A stretch of DNA of 64,000 bases, taken from the IMG/VR virus record IMGVR_UViG_3300035050_000132, positions 30,591-94,590 of that record, one strand, 5' to 3'. Positions 59,301-64,000 of this stretch are shown here, one piece after another. The notes under the pieces are model-generated. The model was given only the letters and a program-made list of their open reading frames with translations. It had not been told where the DNA came from and did not search any database. A program made the translations under genes and the position numbers. Origin of the DNA: a virus. Positions within the stretch are counted from its first letter, which is position 1; the number at the start of each line of letters is the position of its first letter.

Positions 59301-62300
59301 TATAATAAATCATCTTTAACATCGCCAGCTACACTCTGCAACGGTATATTATCTTTTTGAGCTTTGACAAAATGCTTTTTAATTGCATTTTCATTTGAAA
59401 TTTGCACAACACCGGCTGGGCCTTGTCTTGTAGGAATAACAGTATGCCGCCCACGATTATGCAAAGGGTCTCCGACCTCAGCAGCCAGCCTTAATGCATC
59501 ATCTACAGGCATGTTTTGGGTAAACTCAGTACTACCAACAAAGGACAAATGATCTTTTAATTCTGGATACCTTTCCATGTAAGAGTCTATAGTTTTACCC
59601 ATATCCGGTAAAAATTGACGAGGCAAAAAGTTTTCTCTAGAAAATCCAAAATCTACCCCATATTTATCAGTATATTCCCTATTAAATTTATCTATAGCTA
59701 ACATATCCCTATTATAACCACCTTTACGTTTAGGATCTTTTTTCATAGGACTAAAACGATCATATAGACTAGGAAATTTTCTTTCGACTTTGGGTTTTGA
59801 TTTACTAACTATATCTTTTACAACCATTGCTGGATTATCTATTGCGCCAGATTCATTAGTTAATACAGATAACATATCCCTAACTTTAGAAATCTTACCT
59901 TCACCAGAAGCCGCTTTAGCAGCCTTAATATAGTTACCAACATCTGTTAATTTATTAAACTTAGACATAACACCAGTCCCGCCAACAAGAGAGCCTATAA
60001 CATCAGTAGTTATCCCTAAACCACCTTTACTTAAAGAATCTGTAATACTACTATACAAAGATGATCCTACACCACTAACAGTACCCATAATACCCTCAGT
60101 AGCAACTTTATTTAAAACTGAGTCCTTAATCTTACTAACACTCTTTAATGCGCCACTTAGACCTTTATTGGCTAAATAGTCCGAAGCACCCTCTATACCT
60201 GAAAATACATCTAAAGGGATTTTAGTCAATCTACTAATCAACTCTCCTGTAGCAAATGACGCTTGTTTACCTATACCTTTTAAAGATAACCCTTCTTCTT
60301 TTACAGAAGATAATCTGCCAGCTTCTAAATCATCTATTAAAGACTGCATTCCCCCACTAACATTACGAAAACCCCTACCTTTGGTTATAGAATCAATAAA
60401 ACCGCCGTCAGCAAACGCCGGAATCAGTCCGCCATCGGCAGCCATTGCAGTAGGCAAAGTACCTTTTCTATTCATATGATCTAAATTAGCGTAACCTATT
60501 TGTTGTGCTGTGTGGGCCCGTATTACAAACTCACCAGGACTTAAATAAGCAGCAACCTTATCTTCTCTAGGACCACCTGGGCCTGAAACATGACCGCCGA
60601 TACTTGATGGATGATCTCCAAAAGGCCCACCAGTGCTAAATTTATTATCAGCACTTACTCCACTATTGTCCCCATTAGCTAAGGTTTCTAACATATTTCC
60701 TAAAGCGGCCAAGCCTTTACTTATACCAGCAGCAGATGCCTTTAAACCACTACTTATAATATCAAAAGAAGCATTTAAACCTTCACCTATACTCTCAAAA
60801 GATAGCAAAGGTTTACCGTACTCTTTTGGAAAGTTCCCAGTAAACAAGGGATCGTTGGATTTTGCACCAAAATCACCCATTCCAATGGGCTTAGTTTCTT
60901 TTTCTGATTTTTTAGAAAAACCCAAATCAGCTTCTTTTTCGCCATAAGAGCTATCAGTAGTCTTAAAACCATAATCTTCAAGTTTATTTAGCCCCATTAA
61001 GGCTCTATAGTCGTCACTATTAACATCACTAAAATTACTTTTACCTGTATAAAACTGCCAATCGTCAGTAGGTTTACTTTTATTTTCTTTTCTATCTAAA
61101 CCTAATAACTCCCTATACTTCTCACTATCATCAGCTTTTGCATAAAACTGCCAATCTTTATAGTCTGTTTTTTTAGACCCTTCTCTACCACTCATAGCTT
61201 CCTCAAGAGCTGCAGTTGCTTCAGGAGCTATCTTAGCGGCTATAACTTTAACATAATTTAATATACCTTTAAGAGGCTCATTAACATAAGTCATCAAATT
61301 CTGCTGTTCTTCATTAACAGCAAATTTAGAATATTTAGACATAAGTTCATCATATGCCGCTTTTATTTCCACAGGATTTGCACCCCTATACATCGTATCA
61401 TCTGGTTTTATTGTAGATATAATTTTATCTATAGCTAACGCTTCTTTAGAACCTTCAAAATACCCCTTATCTGCTTTAAATTTCTCTAATTCCGCAATAC
61501 GATCAGCACCAGATATTTTTTCACTGTAAGCCTTAGATAAGTTATCTTTAATAATACTATTAAGCCTGTCAATGTCAGTAAACTGTTCTGTACTAAGTAC
61601 ATCAGGTTTAGTAAAACGTAATTTTTCTAAATTCTCATATAATGTTGCTGCGGGCTGTATTGAGGCGGCGGCCAATTCATTTTGTTTTTTCTGTTCATAA
61701 GTAATCACATCACGCTTACGTTGAGTATCCAAATCATCTAACTGAGTCTGGACGCTCTCCATCTCTTCATAATTACCTGATTCCTGAGCCTTAATATAGG
61801 CATCTTCCAATTTGACTCTTTGTAAATCATACTGACTAGACACACCGCTTGTTAAAGACATACCAAGCGAGTCAGCCAATCTCTGATCTTCTACAGATAT
61901 AGCTATTGCGGCTTCTGGATGACTACCTCCTAAAAGCTTGTCTCGTTGATCATAATAAGCCTTTAAACCAGCTTCACTCTGTATAAATATATTAGCTGTA
62001 GCATTAGCTAAAGAATCTTGAAATCCTTTAAAAGCTGTTTGAAATTCAGTCATCGCTTTAAGTGCTCGCTGAACATTCTTCATACTCTTTGACAATTTAT
62101 CAGCTTCTGTAGTTGTATCTTTTAAAACCTTCCTACGTGTTTCTAAAATCTTTTTATTATCAGACAATGTTTGTGCAGTAGCCTCTAACTCACCATCAGT
62201 AGCCTCACCAGAATTTTTTAACATATTAAATTTTTCTTCTAAAGATTTAATAGTTTCTTCAGAACTATAAACCTCACTTTCAAAATTGGATAACGCAGTA

Positions 62301-64000
62301 ACATATTTATCCATTAATTTTGAACCTTTTTGGTAATCGGTTATTAATTCTTTAAAAGCACCGCTTCCACCAGCATATAGTTGCTGCTGTGGTGAAAATT
62401 CAGAGTAACTTTGTGCTGTCTTAATATCACCAATATAGCCCTTTAAAACATCACCAAAAGTGGATGGGCCTTGGTATTTAGCAGAAAGCTCCATAGAAGT
62501 TATACTATCGTGTAAAGATCTATTAAACGTCTCTAAAGTAGTAATTAATGTAGTAAATCTCTTTTTAAGCGCTGTGGCACTAGCAAGTACTGCCAATAAT
62601 TGACTGGACTTAGAATAATCGTCACCAACCGCTGCTAATTGATCATGTAATTCAGCCAAAACAGCATTAATTGAATCTTCAACATTAAAAGCAGTAGAAG
62701 GTCCTTTAATAGGTTCACCTCTTTCTATTGGTAAAGTATCCACATCTCTACCACTAACTATAGAACTAATTATATCATTTGCAAATTTTGGAGAAACACT
62801 GTATATTTTATCAAAGAAAATCTTAGTTTGTTCTTCAGCAGTATTTTCCATACCAGCTATTTTAGCATCACTGGCAGCATCAGAAAAGGCAGCCCTTACA
62901 AGGCCCATGGCTGTTTCTAGTTTAACTAAATCCAATACAAACTGCTTTCCAGCATCACTCTGTACAGCAAATTCTTCTTCTATTGCGGCCCTCTTTTCCT
63001 GCGCTTTTTTATTAGAACTATACATTTTTTTAGCATTTTCAACCTCTACGGCAACATCTGCATCAGTTTTACCTGTTTCCTTGCCTTGAATTTCACTATA
63101 TTTTTTAAGACCTATAAAGTACTCTTTAGCTGCCTCATTAATGCGGTCTTTAACTTTTGAACCATGTTTCTTTAATGCTTCTTCTACAGCTTTCGGATCT
63201 TTATTTTTTACAACTGTGCCAATCTTTTCACCTAAACCTTTAAGGAATTTATCAAAATCTTTAGCAAATTCAGGAACTTTCTTTAAGTTGTCCATACCCA
63301 TTGATTTAAATAAAGTATGTGTAGCAACAGCACCCATCATCAATTTAGTAGTAGCAGCATCACTATTACCCATAGCAGCTTTGGAGCCTGCATAGGTTAA
63401 AAATCCAGTAGTAGATAATTGTTGCAGAGTTGCACCTATCATAGCTGATGACTCCGCACCCTCTTTAGCTCTTTTCAACGCTTCCAATTCTGTAAGAAGT
63501 TTAGGATCTGGGTTCTCTCCCTGAGTAGCTATCTCTTTTTGTACATTACCCATTCTTTTACTAAGTTCTGTAATTTGTTCATTTTTTCTTGAAGCAGAAC
63601 TACCGGCAAAAATACTTAACCCTAAAGCCCCAAAACCCAAAGTGTCTGTATTAAAAAATGACGGTTCTTTTTTAGTAGTAGCTTCTCTGTACGCACCAAC
63701 GCCCTTTTTAATAGACTTTTGTTGTCTTTTAGTTAAATCTTTATTAGCAACAGCTGCTCTATCCATATAGTCTACAATATCAGCAGCAGAATAACCACTC
63801 TCACTTATAGCACTATTAAGAATTTTATATTGGGCATCTTTAGATATTGGTGTTAAGCTTCTTACTACATCACCCACTGAGGTACGTGAAATTAATTCTT
63901 TAGTTAATTTACCAATGTCTTTTTCCATAAGTGCGGCTTCTTCACTACGACCCTCCGCAGCAGTAGCGCTTTGGATACGCTGCAAATCGGCTATACGCAT
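56318..64000 (-). CDS. Tail tape-measure protein, C-terminal part (>=2560 aa; 5' end probably outside the window)
   Basis: Long A/K/E/L-rich helical ORF with the TMP C-terminal signature GG.VSGPG...DKV.A.LSPGEFV.RA (twice) and FADGG motifs, followed by hub-like genes. The frame is open at the window edge. Confidence 0.88.
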   Translation of the reverse strand: MRIADLQRIQSATAAEGRSEEAALMEKDIGKLTKELISRTSVGDVVRSLTPISKDAQYKILNSAISESGYSAADIVDYMDRAAVANKDLTKRQQKSIKKGVGAYREATTKKEPSFFNTDTLGFGALGLSIFAGSSASRKNEQITELSKRMGNVQKEIATQGENPDPKLLTELEALKRAKEGAESSAMIGATLQQLSTTGFLTYAGSKAAMGNSDAATTKLMMGAVATHTLFKSMGMDNLKKVPEFAKDFDKFLKGLGEKIGTVVKNKDPKAVEEALKKHGSKVKDRINEAAKEYFIGLKKYSEIQGKETGKTDADVAVEVENAKKMYSSNKKAQEKRAAIEEEFAVQSDAGKQFVLDLVKLETAMGLVRAAFSDAASDAKIAGMENTAEEQTKIFFDKIYSVSPKFANDIISSIVSGRDVDTLPIERGEPIKGPSTAFNVEDSINAVLAELHDQLAAVGDDYSKSSQLLAVLASATALKKRFTTLITTLETFNRSLHDSITSMELSAKYQGPSTFGDVLKGYIGDIKTAQSYSEFSPQQQLYAGGSGAFKELITDYQKGSKLMDKYVTALSNFESEVYSSEETIKSLEEKFNMLKNSGEATDGELEATAQTLSDNKKILETRRKVLKDTTTEADKLSKSMKNVQRALKAMTEFQTAFKGFQDSLANATANIFIQSEAGLKAYYDQRDKLLGGSHPEAAIAISVEDQRLADSLGMSLTSGVSSQYDLQRVKLEDAYIKAQESGNYEEMESVQTQLDDLDTQRKRDVITYEQKKQNELAAASIQPAATLYENLEKLRFTKPDVLSTEQFTDIDRLNSIIKDNLSKAYSEKISGADRIAELEKFKADKGYFEGSKEALAIDKIISTIKPDDTMYRGANPVEIKAAYDELMSKYSKFAVNEEQQNLMTYVNEPLKGILNYVKVIAAKIAPEATAALEEAMSGREGSKKTDYKDWQFYAKADDSEKYRELLGLDRKENKSKPTDDWQFYTGKSNFSDVNSDDYRALMGLNKLEDYGFKTTDSSYGEKEADLGFSKKSEKETKPIGMGDFGAKSNDPLFTGNFPKEYGKPLLSFESIGEGLNASFDIISSGLKASAAGISKGLAALGNMLETLANGDNSGVSADNKFSTGGPFGDHPSSIGGHVSGPGGPREDKVAAYLSPGEFVIRAHTAQQIGYANLDHMNRKGTLPTAMAADGGLIPAFADGGFIDSITKGRGFRNVSGGMQSLIDDLEAGRLSSVKEEGLSLKGIGKQASFATGELISRLTKIPLDVFSGIEGASDYLANKGLSGALKSVSKIKDSVLNKVATEGIMGTVSGVGSSLYSSITDSLSKGGLGITTDVIGSLVGGTGVMSKFNKLTDVGNYIKAAKAASGEGKISKVRDMLSVLTNESGAIDNPAMVVKDIVSKSKPKVERKFPSLYDRFSPMKKDPKRKGGYNRDMLAIDKFNREYTDKYGVDFGFSRENFLPRQFLPDMGKTIDSYMERYPELKDHLSFVGSTEFTQNMPVDDALRLAAEVGDPLHNRGRHTVIPTRQGPAGVVQISNENAIKKHFVKAQKDNIPLQSVAGDVKDDLLYTLGHELSHGINRASKNKIQMTEINAVLDKLPGDVFESTYISSKKVGDPARAKERFADFGAKFEKIMADPNRKDNPTMFDMSPEDAVAEVYGYDTRLTSWGDDMVSNLFPDMKFANGGAVGGYVLDPERYLDNKRLDMAKAIYEEEHRKVREAGNSKTSSWLEEFNKKSAQFKKEQWEGRAAEEVDPKKVRSFTNIGPGGDILSEIVETTGKSYDPSRTISGIDDAINNPIYEKSWSAQDITDYLNNSISGDNNMRRGKDHLPHKWGYDTAAAAQSNVMVDAKSKADDRLLKAVLSDTAFKTNAEQILSTRRGLEKDLAKHIKDKGSIAGIEESMKYGDYAFDPYRGVHKFTTNVGGRDVSAGVIEQSSYRYANKAYRPTNIKPSKKAIPHSNMWTKTYKDLIPQEEFGMDFKRQVPKRGTVDSVALKYYKDAKFINQRIGNLFEKLHDENLDPKDRLKYIKQLDFQSKAMSAYSKFDEVMREGENPFTDPRLVEETTKRVPNRLVRKSLAGVEGVEPIKSEDGKETIGFKLPSGKTISAYEQVTEKRSLLKLIEKAGNKAYIDMYKRKPLSAGSVTKAPIEAEMLSKSWFDKQNHGSAVSKRYTTGNSGAFGKLKEYGTVKDTDSNYFGVNTSVPDMVNSMLENFYKSRKKSDWESGLNLSDWVKNYAAGGSPSLSGHVSGPGGPREDKVPALLSPGEFVVRADSAQQIGYANLDHMNKKGSIPTFADGGSLGNVPTTTPSTNFTNTSANLSLNVPKIELDVSEAISELRSVVLKVDKTPVKVDTKSVELPAVNIDSRELLSELSKIELRLEDKLVQVDTTSLKDITLKVEDKKLSLEEGTKVEVDVSNISAAATEAGFKISQAITNAIKSASVKIEVASTGETGQVGQGVGAERLDLLATTIDNMDKRLINTTTKIETEVKELEVNLESKLSKDIDARLASKLSGVQEDLTNLGVSVSSLSDNVTSQISRVSMSALEAARLAKQALDFRNLK
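57135..60595 (-). repeat. Imperfect ~135 bp direct repeat pair inside the TMP (about 57135-57271 and 60459-60595; offset 3324 nt, in frame)
   Basis: Identical 34-mer tattcatatgatctaaattagcgtaacctatttg at 57145-57178 and 60469-60502; identical 21-mer acaaactcaccaggacttaaa at 57201-57221 and 60525-60545. Confidence 0.92.
60985..61175 (-). repeat. Tandem 31 aa DWQFY repeat in the TMP
   Basis: ataaaactgccaatc at 61049-61063 and 61142-61156 (93 nt apart): DWQFYAK...YRELLGL / DWQFYTG...YRALMGL. Confidence 0.85.

Larger units (their letters stand above)
1..64000 (-). other. Segment of a large tailed dsDNA bacteriophage genome (tail/baseplate module followed by replication module)
   Basis: Single-strand, tightly packed genes. 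Tape-measure-like protein >2500 aa, hub-like and fibre-like proteins, free-standing homing endonucleases, RecA/DnaN next to structural genes. No rRNA or housekeeping operons. Confidence 0.92.

Noticed and set aside
57135-60595. Possible diversity-generating retroelement TR/VR pair
   Set aside because: Differences between the repeats are largely at synonymous positions and are not adenine-specific, and no reverse transcriptase is visible in the window.
140-63395. Plus-strand ORFs in the track (e.g. 140-379, 4942-5301, 14608-14859, 56820-57155, 60633-60947, 63141-63395)
   Set aside because: They are mostly antisense shadows of long minus-strand genes, lack clear RBSs and have no recognisable motifs.
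1-64000. Stop-codon recoding (code 15 or 4), common in some huge phages
   Set aside because: TAG (e.g. 121, 3343, 5261, 45245), TGA (28526, 46465, 53659) and TAA all end genes exactly at tight junctions, and very long ORFs are intact under code 11.
63998-64000. ATG at the window edge as the true TMP start
   Set aside because: It coincides with the window boundary and no RBS is visible. The sequence reads like mid-protein, so the true start is probably upstream.

Overview
This is a 64 kb, AT-rich segment of a large tailed dsDNA phage genome, probably a jumbo or huge phage. Every credible gene is on the minus strand and tightly packed, with AGGAG/GGAGG ribosome-binding sites and standard code 11 (TAA, TAG and TGA all end genes). 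In transcription order (64000 to 1) it contains: (1) the C-terminal part of a very long tape-measure protein; (2) baseplate hub/spike-like genes and small Cys-rich genes; (3) a long run of tail, baseplate and fibre genes rich in Ig-like, beta-propeller, LamG/DUF2341, discoidin-like and Gly-rich domains, including 3508, 1849, 1241, 1126 and 1061 aa proteins; (4) a 190 bp intergenic region with tandem sigma70-type promoters and competing inverted repeats; (5) a replication/recombination module with a host-type DnaN clamp, RecA, a PD-(D/E)XK nuclease, an HNH homing endonuclease, a UvsY-like protein and the start of a probable DnaB helicase. The three most unusual observations are: a ComD/ComE (phosphonopyruvate/sulfopyruvate decarboxylase)-like gene pair that has lost its ThDP catalytic motifs and sits inside the virion operon; a ~160 aa discoidin-like domain present four times as an insert in three structural proteins, part of a wider pattern of nested domain insertions; and a 3.3 kb tape-measure cassette bounded by direct repeats and carrying an HExxH zincin motif. 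All family assignments come from visual motif recognition, not database searches.
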